Virus record (IMG/VR): IMGVR_UViG_2778261085_000001
DNA length: 7,164 bases
Origin: a virus
Taxonomy: Duplodnaviria > Heunggongvirae > Uroviricota > Caudoviricetes
Direction: 5' to 3' (one strand)
A program made the position numbers and the translations under genes. Each line of letters starts with the position of its first letter. Positions within the stretch are counted from its first letter, which is position 1. Below are positions 1-5,694 of this stretch, piece after piece. The notes beneath the pieces are model-generated. The model worked only from the letters and a program-made list of their open reading frames with translations. It did no database searches and had not been told where the DNA came from.

Positions 1-254
1 GTGCCTGGAAGGCCAGATTACGCGAGGGGGTGCCACCAGAGGCCATGCTGGATGGCGTGAGGCGTTACGCAAGATACCTTACGGCTACCGGGAAAACGGG
101 AACGGAATTTGTTCAGCGAGCGACGACGTTTTTTGGACCGGACCGGAATTTTGAAAACCCCTGGCTGCTCCCGGTAAGCGGCACGAACAACCAGCGTTGT
201 GTGAATCATATTTCTGAACCGGATACCGAAATTCCGCCGGGCTTCAGGGGGTAA
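1..254 (+). CDS. 3' end of a phage early-region protein of unknown function (5'-truncated by the window edge)
   Basis: The reading frame is open from position 3 with no upstream stop, so the gene starts before the window; the track's GTG at 30 is probably internal. Stop at 252-254. I do not recognise the family. Confidence 0.5.
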   Translation, partial: AWKARLREGVPPEAMLDGVRRYARYLTATGKTGTEFVQRATTFFGPDRNFENPWLLPVSGTNNQRCVNHISEPDTEIPPGFRG

Positions 255-296
255 GTGTTGATTTGAGGTTATGAAGTTATTTTCTCAGGAGAGTTT

Positions 297-698
297 ATGG
301 GGACTATTTATACCGAAGAACAGCGGGAAAGATTACAGCGTCATATCGTTGACCTTGTGCGTAAAAACGGGCGTATGACAATGCCACAACTGGCATCGGC
401 AACATATGCTTCACATGATTCCATTCGCCGGTACCTGAAGATGCTGGTGAGCCAGGGCGAAGTGTATGTTGTCAGCGGAAAAGGGGTATTTCTTTCAGAG
501 AGGGTTTACCGTGAATGGCTGGCAAGTTCGGCAAGAAAAGCAAGGGTTATCCGCAAACCAGCACAAAAACAGGGTAAGGCAGGAGCACAACCCTACGACC
601 GGCACCAGAACATAATTTGCCGTGAGTGCCGTCAGAGTGAGGTTATGCAGCGTGTACTGGCGTTCTATCAGGGAGATTTTCAGGAGGTGATGGAGTGA
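297..698 (+). CDS. Phage hypothetical protein, possibly a helix-turn-helix DNA-binding protein (133 aa)
   Basis: ATG at 297 follows an AGGAGAG SD at 287-293. The N-terminal half (TMPQLASATYASHDSIRRYLKMLVSQGEV) looks like a winged-helix/HTH segment, and the C-terminal CRECRQ is a possible metal-binding pair. The stop overlaps the next start (GTGA). Confidence 0.6.
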   Translation: MGTIYTEEQRERLQRHIVDLVRKNGRMTMPQLASATYASHDSIRRYLKMLVSQGEVYVVSGKGVFLSERVYREWLASSARKARVIRKPAQKQGKAGAQPYDRHQNIICRECRQSEVMQRVLAFYQGDFQEVME

Positions 699-991
699 GG
701 GTAAGGGTTTATATCGCTGGTCCGATGACCGGGTATAAAAATTTCAACCGTGAGGCGTTCCACAATGCGGAAGAGGAACTGAAACGGGAAGGGCATACCG
801 TCTTAAACCCGGCAGTACTTCCGGACGGACTGACTCAGTCGCAGTACATGGATATCTGCATGGCGATGATACGTTGCGTGGATGCGATTTACATGCTGAA
901 TGGCTGGCAGCGGTCGGCGGGTGCTAAGGCAGAACTGGCGCTGGCGGAGAAGCTGGGGCATGCGGTTATTTTACAGAAGGCGATGCAGTGA
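695..991 (+). CDS. DUF4406-like phage protein (nucleoside 2-deoxyribosyltransferase-like fold), 98 aa
   Basis: The N-terminal motif VYIAGPMTG followed by NFN/EAF matches my memory of the DUF4406 family common in enterobacterial prophages. GTG start overlaps the upstream stop, with a GGAGG SD about 10 nt upstream. Confidence 0.6.
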   Translation: MRVRVYIAGPMTGYKNFNREAFHNAEEELKREGHTVLNPAVLPDGLTQSQYMDICMAMIRCVDAIYMLNGWQRSAGAKAELALAEKLGHAVILQKAMQ

Positions 992-1170
992 ATATGTTCT
1001 GGATAATCAAAATTGAGCTGTTTGTTATTGTTTTACTTATCAGTGCATTTCTGGCAGCGGCTTTTATTATCTGGGAAAATCCTTTTCGACATATCAGCCC
1101 GCTGTTTGCAATCAGGGTGTTAATAGCATCGGTTGTCGTGGTGTGGTTAATTTGTTTTGCATTATCTTAA
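988..1170 (+). CDS. Small membrane protein with two predicted transmembrane segments (60 aa)
   Basis: Strongly hydrophobic sequence (FWIIKIELFVIVLLISAFLAAAFIIW and VLIASVVVVWLICFAL). GTG at 988 overlaps the previous stop (GTGA); ATG at 994 is an alternative start. Sits inside the co-oriented operon. Confidence 0.5.
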   Translation: MNMFWIIKIELFVIVLLISAFLAAAFIIWENPFRHISPLFAIRVLIASVVVVWLICFALS

Positions 1171-1183
1171 TGGAGTTAATGTT

Positions 1184-1498
1184 ATGATTGAAATCAAAGA
1201 ACTGCCGGTAGAACGTGATGAATATGGCTGCTGGACGCATCCTGAATATGAAAAATTTTGTGATGGCCGGGAGTATATTTCGACGGAAGAATTTAACGCC
1301 TGGATGAAGGCAAATAATCTTCAGTGGACTATTCGCAGTATGGATGAAGATGATTTTAACCCGGATGCAGATGGTCCCGATATTTCCGCATGGGAACCTG
1401 AACGACCAGAGGGTGAGGGCTGGTTTATTGGCTCCATTCATGACACCGAGGATGGACCGGTTTGTATCTGGTTGAGGAATCGTGAGGTGACGCAGTGA
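1184..1498 (+). CDS. Phage hypothetical protein, acidic (104 aa)
   Basis: ATG at 1184 is preceded by GGAG at 1171-1174 with about 9 nt spacing. The track's 1157 start is a TTG inside the upstream gene and lacks an SD. Stop at 1496-1498 overlaps the next GTG start. Confidence 0.6.
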   Translation: MIEIKELPVERDEYGCWTHPEYEKFCDGREYISTEEFNAWMKANNLQWTIRSMDEDDFNPDADGPDISAWEPERPEGEGWFIGSIHDTEDGPVCIWLRNREVTQ

Positions 1499-1824
1499 AT
1501 CAGATTAACAACCAGGCGTTGCGTGATGTGGCAGAGGCAATAAAAACAGTGTCCACACCTCAGAAACTGCTGGCGTTTCGCATGAAAGTCACACCGCAGG
1601 TTGTGCTGGCGTTACTGGACGAACTGGAAGCCAGAGATAAACGCATTGCAGAGCTGGAAGCAAGGGCAGTGCATTTACCGACTTGCTATGACCTTCGAAG
1701 GGGTCATCCGATAAATGCCGATGAGCAATATGTCATGATGCCCAAAGAGCATGGGCGCTGGCTTTATCTGGCTGATTTGGAGCATGCACTGCGTGTTGCA
1801 GGTATTCGCATCAAAGGAGAGTGA
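1495..1824 (+). CDS. Phage hypothetical protein, possibly Ead/Ea22-like (109 aa)
   Basis: GTG start overlaps the upstream stop, with GAGGTGA upstream. The coiled-coil stretch LLDELEARDKRIAELEARA resembles the Ead/Ea22-like proteins of lambdoid phages; this is from memory and weak. Confidence 0.5.
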   Translation: MNQINNQALRDVAEAIKTVSTPQKLLAFRMKVTPQVVLALLDELEARDKRIAELEARAVHLPTCYDLRRGHPINADEQYVMMPKEHGRWLYLADLEHALRVAGIRIKGE

Positions 1825-1825
1825 C

Positions 1826-2182
1826 GTGGAAATAAAACCAGAAGATGAGTTAAGTAATATTGTTTTATTTCCGGTAAAAGAGGATGACCTACGTAATCAG
1901 GTTAATTTTCTTTATGAGCCATCGGAGAAACCATATTGCCATCACGCCTCTGTCAGGGTTGATGAAAAAGAGCGTCATGTCCGTTGTAAAATCTGCGGTG
2001 CAGTTGTGGAGCCATTTGACTGGATGCTCTCTGTGGCGAAAAGAGAAACCAGACTGGCAGATGATGTAAAACAATTGCGTCAGGAGGAACGGGAAAGACG
2101 TAAAAATATAGAAAAGCTAATTCAGATTGAGCGCAATGTGAAAGCGCGGATACGCAGGGCGACAAAAACCAGACCAGAATAA
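1826..2182 (+). CDS. Phage hypothetical protein with a putative zinc-ribbon motif (118 aa)
   Basis: GTG at 1826 has an AGGAG SD at 1814-1818 and lies just after the previous stop. The track's ATG at 1751 is inside the previous gene. Contains CHH...(13 residues)...CKIC, followed by a basic coiled-coil tail. Confidence 0.55.
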   Translation: MEIKPEDELSNIVLFPVKEDDLRNQVNFLYEPSEKPYCHHASVRVDEKERHVRCKICGAVVEPFDWMLSVAKRETRLADDVKQLRQEERERRKNIEKLIQIERNVKARIRRATKTRPE

Positions 2183-2272
2183 CCAATATTATTATCGAAA
2201 ATAAAATCCTTAACCGGAGGGATTTCTGCACCCTCAGAACATCAGGAGACTGCCAGAAATGGTGGTAAGACA

Positions 2273-2446
2273 ATGCGAAAATTCAAAATAGTTATCGAAA
2301 CGAGGATTGTTGGTGGCGTGCGTGAAGATGTATTTGAAGTGGATGATGAAGCGACTCCTGAGGAAATAGAAAACGAGGCAATTGATGTTTTCTTTAATCA
2401 CTGCAATTACTCAATTTACGAAATAAAAGACGAAGTGGAAGAGTAA
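2273..2446 (+). CDS. Small acidic hypothetical protein (57 aa), absent from the supplied ORF track
   Basis: ATG at 2273 runs to TAA at 2444-2446 ([15 protein letters not shown]...KDEVEE). It fills the gap between neighbouring genes exactly, and the next gene starts at 2448. It is under the track's apparent 60-aa cutoff. Confidence 0.5.
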   Translation: MRKFKIVIETRIVGGVREDVFEVDDEATPEEIENEAIDVFFNHCNYSIYEIKDEVEE

Positions 2447-2447
2447 A

Positions 2448-2810
2448 ATGGCGACTTTGACCAAAGAAGAACGGTTTACCAAAGAGCAGTTAATAGCCCA
2501 CGCAGAGGAGACTATTGAATCACAGAGACTGTGCATACCAGGTACAATCGACCATGACCTCATTCGCGCATATAAGATGGATATTGCTGTTCTGGAAATT
2601 GCACTGCAATCGCTGGCAGCAGCGCCAGTTGGTAAATTTTATGAATACAAACCAGTGGGGTATCAGCGTCTGGTCGACGAGTTAACCATGCAGGTAAAGC
2701 AGTTAACCTGGCAACTGAGGAAAGCGAAGCCGGACTGCAAACTGCCGGATAAGGTGATGGACTACCTGGAGCGAAACGGACTGATAAGCGTGGAGGATAT
2801 TTTACGATGA
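2448..2810 (+). CDS. Phage hypothetical protein (120 aa)
   Basis: ATG at 2448 lies 1 nt after the preceding stop. No family recognised. The stop overlaps the start of a downstream small ORF (ATGA). Confidence 0.6.
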   Translation: MATLTKEERFTKEQLIAHAEETIESQRLCIPGTIDHDLIRAYKMDIAVLEIALQSLAAAPVGKFYEYKPVGYQRLVDELTMQVKQLTWQLRKAKPDCKLPDKVMDYLERNGLISVEDILR

Positions 2811-2890
2811 CCTGGCCTGAAGCATTCACAACGGCAGGAATTGCGATGGCGGTGGCGCTGATGGTGTATTCGATTTGCCGCTGGGGATAA
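2807..2890 (+). CDS. Small hydrophobic peptide (27 aa, [27 protein letters not shown]), likely a single-pass membrane peptide; absent from the ORF track
   Basis: ATG at 2807 overlaps the upstream stop (ATGA) and has a GGAGG SD at 2793-2797. It is the last ORF before the operon terminator at 2901-2926. Confidence 0.4.
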   Translation: MTWPEAFTTAGIAMAVALMVYSICRWG

Positions 2891-2895
2891 CAAAC

Positions 2896-2926
2896 AAAAA
2901 CCCCGGATTGACGGTCCGGGGTTTTT
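2896..2926 (+). terminator. Intrinsic (rho-independent) terminator ending the early operon; probably bidirectional
   Basis: Perfect 7-bp stem CCCCGGA (2901-2907) pairing with TCCGGGG (2915-2921), 7-nt loop, then TTTTT (2922-2926). An A-run precedes the stem, so the reverse strand also sees a hairpin followed by a U-run. Confidence 0.8.
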
Positions 2927-3085
2927 GAAGGAAACAAACAGAAACAACAATTGCCGTTATCTGTTGCCACCAATGACAAGTAAACGTATCACAGGCGAGC
3001 GCATTGCGCCGTTCTGACGCGCATAAGGTAGATCAGATTTCAGGAGCTGGCAATAAAAAGTTGGTGGAAAGTCTGATGCAGATGT

Positions 3086-3112
3086 GAAAAGACAGCCCCG
3101 AAAACGGGGCCG
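3086..3112 (-). terminator. Intrinsic terminator for the minus-strand 96-aa gene
   Basis: GCCCCG (3095-3100) pairs with CGGGGC (3105-3110) across an AAAA loop. On the minus-strand RNA the hairpin is followed by UGUCUUUUCA. It lies about 8 nt after the stop codon at 3119-3121. Confidence 0.7.
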
Positions 3113-3118
3113 GATTTA

Positions 3119-3409
3119 CTAAGCACCAATAATTCTGAAGATGTAATCCTTGAAGATGAGAGCCAGAGCTGCAGCAACAATAAACCACTGGAGTCGATCA
3201 AACTTGGTTTCCAGCTTGTTGAACCGTCTTTCGGTTTCTTGCTCCATTTTGTCGAGGCGCTTATCTATAACGTTCAGGCGTGTATCCATCTCACGACGGA
3301 GGTTATCAACGTTTTCTTGTGTTGCCAGGTGTTGCATGTTCTGCTGGCGATGCAACAAAGCATTCAGCACATCGCTGGTGCTGAACTCAATTTTTTTGTC
3401 GTCACTCAT
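3119..3409 (-). CDS. Coiled-coil protein with C-terminal transmembrane anchor (96 aa); possibly XhlA-like or DUF1640-like
   Basis: ATG at 3407-3409 (minus) has a strong AGGAGG SD 5 nt upstream. The central region is charged and heptad-like (RREMDTRLNVIDKRLDKMEQETERRFNKLETKFDRLQ); the C-terminus is hydrophobic (WFIVAAALALIFKDYIFRIIGA). It is a stand-alone opposite-strand gene with its own promoter and terminator. The family assignment is from memory and uncertain. Confidence 0.6.
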   Translation of the reverse strand: MSDDKKIEFSTSDVLNALLHRQQNMQHLATQENVDNLRREMDTRLNVIDKRLDKMEQETERRFNKLETKFDRLQWFIVAAALALIFKDYIFRIIGA

Positions 3410-3414
3410 GCTGG

Positions 3415-3453
3415 CCTCCTGTATAGGGAATCGTGGTACAGGAAAAACCTGTT
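3415..3453 (-). promoter_or_regulatory. 5'UTR with two mutually exclusive hairpins, one of which overlaps the SD of the 96-aa gene
   Basis: Plus-strand motifs are CCTGTA (3418-3423), TACAGG (3437-3442) and CCTGT (3448-3452). On the minus-strand mRNA this reads 5'-AACAGG-UUUUU-CCUGUA-(13 nt)-UACAGGAGG-CCAGC-AUG. The central CCUGUA can pair either upstream (SD free) or downstream with UACAGG (first half of the SD buried). Confidence 0.4.
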
Positions 3454-3459
3454 AAGTAA

Positions 3460-3488
3460 ATAGTAAAGTTAATCGCTTCACTCATCAA
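3460..3488 (-). promoter_or_regulatory. Putative sigma70-type promoter for the 96-aa minus-strand gene
   Basis: On the minus strand: -35 TTGATG (plus 3483-3488), 17-nt spacer, -10 TACTAT (plus 3460-3465). The predicted transcription start is near plus 3453, at the first UTR hairpin. Hexamer matching by eye only. Confidence 0.3.
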
Positions 3489-3508
3489 GAGAGGAAGCAC
3501 AGAAGCGG

Positions 3509-3538
3509 TTGACGACAACAGAAATCAGAGACAATATT
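3509..3538 (+). promoter_or_regulatory. Putative divergent sigma70-type promoter for the 3591 to 5668 gene block
   Basis: TTGACG at 3509-3514, 18-nt spacer, AATATT at 3533-3538. If real, transcription starts near 3545, which excludes the track's TTG start at 3537 and favours ATG 3591. Confidence 0.3.
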
Positions 3539-3590
3539 GCCGCACGCCAGCCTGAACAACTGGCACCTGCTGCGCCAGCAGAGAAAACAG

Positions 3591-3863
3591 ATGGCGCACC
3601 ACACCAAATTACACAATTCTGATACCGCCCCTGCCAGCAGATACGGGCGGCGTTCGCGCGCATTTAAAACCGACTGGTTCCAGCATGATCCATGCACTGA
3701 AGAGCAGGCAGAGTGGCTAATTCAGAACTACCGCAGACGTGGTTACGAGTTTCAGAAAGACCTCAGCCTCGACTTCCGACACTGGATAATCTCAGTCAGA
3801 CTGCCTTACTCTGAACGCCCACCGCGTCCGTCCCGCACATTCCAGCAACGCATCTGGAGGTAA
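3591..3863 (+). CDS. Basic hypothetical protein (90 aa) immediately upstream of the DUF968-like gene
   Basis: ATG at 3591 is in frame with the track ORF 3537-3863. The stop at 3861-3863 lies 1 nt before the next GTG start. Arg/Lys-rich; no family recognised. Start choice is uncertain because the local SD is weak (AGAGAAAA). Confidence 0.45.
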   Translation: MAHHTKLHNSDTAPASRYGRRSRAFKTDWFQHDPCTEEQAEWLIQNYRRRGYEFQKDLSLDFRHWIISVRLPYSERPPRPSRTFQQRIWR

Positions 3864-3864
3864 C

Positions 3865-4914
3865 GTGCGGGTATTGCTTCGACCTGTTCATGTACCGGAA
3901 CTTGGGCTGGTGGTCCTTAAACCTGGCCGTGAATCCATGCAGGTATTTCATAGCCCTCGAGTGCTGGTGGAGCCGGAACCGAAAAACATGCGCGGTCTGC
4001 CGTCCGGAGCTGTTCCTGCCGTTCGCCAGCCGCTGGCGGAAGATAAATCATTACTGCCATTTTTCAGCGATGAGCGGGTGATTCGTGCTGCTGGCGGCGC
4101 TGGTGCACTATCTGACTGGCTCCTGCGTCATGTCAAATCCTGCCAGTGGCCTCATGGTGACTATCATCACAGTGAAATCGTCATACATCGTTACGGTACC
4201 GGCGCGATGGTGTTGTGCTGGCACTGTGACAATCAACTGCGCGACCAGACCTCGGAATCGCTAGAGCAACTTGCTCATCAAAATCTGACAGCCTGGATGA
4301 TTGACGTCATCCGTCACGCAATGAATGGCACGCAGGAGCGGGAGTTATCGCTGGCTGAATTATCCTGGTGGGCGGTCTGCAATCAGGTGGCGGACGCGCT
4401 ACCGGAAGCAGTATTACGCCGTTCGCTGGGATTACCGGTGGAAAAAATCCGTTCCCTGTACCGCGAAAGCGACATCGTACCGGGAGAGCAGACAGCTACC
4501 AGCATACTGAAGCAGCGCACAAAAAATATTGCGCTACCACCTCACGCCCACCAGCAACAGAACGCACCACAGGAAAAGACGGTGGTCAGCATTGCCGTAG
4601 ATCCGGAGTCTCCGGAATCTTTCATGAAGCGACCTAAACGTCGCCGTTGGATAAATGAGAAATATACACGCTGGGTAAAGACACAGCCGTGTGCGTGCTG
4701 TGGTAAGCCAGCCGACGATCCCCATCACCTGATTGGTCATGGTCAGGGCGGAATGGGAACAAAATCCCACGATATTTTCACGCTACCGTTATGCCGGGAA
4801 CATCACAACGAACTTCATGCGGATCCGCTGGCGTTCGAAGAAAAGCATGGTTCCCAGGTTGATTTAATTTTTCGTTTTCTTGATCACGCCTTTGCAACCG
4901 GCGTGCTCGGGTAA
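3865..4914 (+). CDS. DUF968-like prophage protein with a C-terminal Cys/His-rich HNH-like motif (349 aa)
   Basis: GTG at 3865 follows a GGAGG SD at 3856-3860. The C-terminus carries CACCGKPADDPHHLIGHGQGG...LPLCREHHNELH, a zinc-finger/HNH-type arrangement. Length and position just upstream of rusA and Q resemble what I recall of E. coli Qin prophage YdfU, although Qin as I recall it has no rusA between them. Confidence 0.6.
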   Translation: MRVLLRPVHVPELGLVVLKPGRESMQVFHSPRVLVEPEPKNMRGLPSGAVPAVRQPLAEDKSLLPFFSDERVIRAAGGAGALSDWLLRHVKSCQWPHGDYHHSEIVIHRYGTGAMVLCWHCDNQLRDQTSESLEQLAHQNLTAWMIDVIRHAMNGTQERELSLAELSWWAVCNQVADALPEAVLRRSLGLPVEKIRSLYRESDIVPGEQTATSILKQRTKNIALPPHAHQQQNAPQEKTVVSIAVDPESPESFMKRPKRRRWINEKYTRWVKTQPCACCGKPADDPHHLIGHGQGGMGTKSHDIFTLPLCREHHNELHADPLAFEEKHGSQVDLIFRFLDHAFATGVLG

Positions 4915-4926
4915 AAGAGGTTACTG

Positions 4927-5298
4927 ATGCGTATAGAGTTTGTTTTGCCTTACCCGCCGACGGTAAACACCTACTGGCGACGTCGTGGCAGCACATATTT
5001 TGTATCAAAAGCCGGTGAGCGTTATCGCCGTGATGTGGCGCTCATTGTTCGCCAGCAGCGGCTGAAATTAAATCTGTCCGGAAGGCTGGCAATAAAAATT
5101 ACTGCAGAGCCACCGGATAAGCGCCGTCGTGACCTGGACAATATTCTGAAAGCACCACTGGATGCACTGACACATGCGGGGTTGCTTATCGACGACGAGC
5201 AGTTTGATGAAATTAATATTGTGCGCGGTCAGCGCGTACCTGGTGGTCGGCTGGGTGTGAAGATTTACGAAATTACAGGTGGTAACGATGGCGCGTGA
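4927..5298 (+). CDS. rusA: Crossover junction endodeoxyribonuclease RusA (Holliday junction resolvase), 123 aa
   Basis: ATG at 4927 has an AAGAGG SD. The protein shows clear similarity to E. coli RusA as I remember it, including the acidic catalytic block DKRRRDLDNILKAPLDALTHAGLLIDDEQF, with the conserved RRRDLDN and LDD elements. It sits just upstream of Q, as in lambdoid prophages. Confidence 0.85.
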   Translation: MRIEFVLPYPPTVNTYWRRRGSTYFVSKAGERYRRDVALIVRQQRLKLNLSGRLAIKITAEPPDKRRRDLDNILKAPLDALTHAGLLIDDEQFDEINIVRGQRVPGGRLGVKIYEITGGNDGA

Positions 5299-5668
5299 TA
5301 TTCAGATGGTTCTTGAGCGTTGGGGGGCATGGGCGGCTAGTGATAGCTCGGGTGTGGACTATTCACCTATAGCTGCCGGGTTTAAGGGACTTCTGCCCTA
5401 TACCAGTAAGAAACGCCTGGCTTGTTCAGATAGTGACGCATTAATTATTGAAGGTTGTCTTGCTTGTTTAAAGCAAAAAAGGCCTTATGAGCATTCGCTT
5501 CTTGTGGCACATTATTTATACAGGATATCCAAGCGCAAGATTGCAAAGGCGCGTTGGAAGGATGAGAAATTGATACGTATAGAGATACAGATGGCTGAAG
5601 GGTTTATCGACGGTTGCCTGAGTATGTTGGATGTAAGTTTAGAAATGGATGCCGAAGTGGAATCTTGA
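5288..5668 (+). CDS. Late-gene antitermination protein Q (Q-family of the E. coli cryptic-prophage type), 126 aa
   Basis: ATG at 5288 has an AGGTGG SD at 5277-5282, and the start overlaps the rusA stop by 11 nt. The N-terminus MARDIQMVLERWGAWAA and the motifs IAAGFKGL and MAEGFIDGCLSMLDVSLEMD closely resemble the prophage Q antiterminators (quuD-like) I recall. The track's GTG at 5279 is probably three codons too early. Confidence 0.8.
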   Translation: MARDIQMVLERWGAWAASDSSGVDYSPIAAGFKGLLPYTSKKRLACSDSDALIIEGCLACLKQKRPYEHSLLVAHYLYRISKRKIAKARWKDEKLIRIEIQMAEGFIDGCLSMLDVSLEMDAEVES

Positions 5669-5676
5669 AACCAGAC

Positions 5677-5694
5677 AGCCCGATTACTCGGGCT
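5677..5694. terminator. GC-rich hairpin between convergent Q and the minus-strand moron; candidate bidirectional terminator
   Basis: AGCCCGA (5677-5683) pairs with TCGGGCT (5688-5694) across a 4-nt loop, giving a 7-bp stem. The minus-gene stop codon (plus TTA at 5684-5686) lies in the loop. Flanking runs are only moderately T-rich, so efficiency is uncertain. Confidence 0.4.

Noticed and set aside
18-209. Minus-strand ORF 18-209 (63 aa, Arg/Lys-rich)
   Set aside because: Antisense to the partial plus-strand ORF that is open from the window edge; looks like a shadow frame.
270-377. 35-codon ORF starting at ATG 270 (MKLFSQESLWGLF...)
   Set aside because: It overlaps, in another frame, the start of the 297-698 gene that has the better SD; a short out-of-frame read with no support.
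1157-1183. TTG start at 1157 for the gene ending at 1498
   Set aside because: This start lies inside the upstream small membrane-protein gene and has no SD, whereas ATG 1184 has GGAG at about 9 nt spacing.
1112-2273. Minus-strand ORFs 1112-1441, 1889-2074 and 1953-2273, and plus-strand 1884-2069
   Set aside because: Antisense or off-frame overlaps with tightly packed, translationally coupled plus-strand operon genes; no independent start signals.
2560-2979. Minus-strand ORFs 2560-2979 (139 aa) and 2762-2950
   Set aside because: They read antisense through the plus-strand 120-aa gene and straight through the strong terminator hairpin at 2901-2921, which is implausible for a coding region.
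2448-3120. Hok/Sok-like or RelBE-like toxin-antitoxin locus at the slot where Qin carries hokD and relBE
   Set aside because: No ORF here resembles Hok (about 50 aa with conserved Cys) or RelE/RelB as I recall them, and no antisense promoter/terminator pair for a Sok-like RNA is apparent. The 27-aa peptide is kept only as a separate, weaker observation.
3150-3463. Plus-strand ORFs 3150-3455 and 3239-3463
   Set aside because: Antisense to the 96-aa minus-strand gene, which has a strong SD, promoter and terminator. The plus-strand frames run through that gene's terminator and promoter and have no start context.
3537-3590. TTG start at 3537 for the ORF ending at 3863
   Set aside because: It would fall at or upstream of the transcription start predicted from the TTGACG-N18-AATATT promoter. 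ATG 3591 is preferred, though neither start has a strong SD, so this is held at low confidence.
3478-3697. Minus-strand ORFs 3478-3663 and 3485-3697
   Set aside because: They span the divergent promoter region and overlap the plus-strand 90-aa ORF. They are Cys/Trp-rich shadow frames with no SD.
3890-4770. Track ORFs inside the DUF968-like gene (3890-4081 +, 4325-4510 +, 4368-4637 +, 4534-4770 -)
   Set aside because: All lie within or antisense to a much longer, well-supported ORF with an SD and a conserved C-terminal motif. Their sequences are Arg/Gly/Trp-rich, typical of off-frame reads through GC-rich coding DNA.
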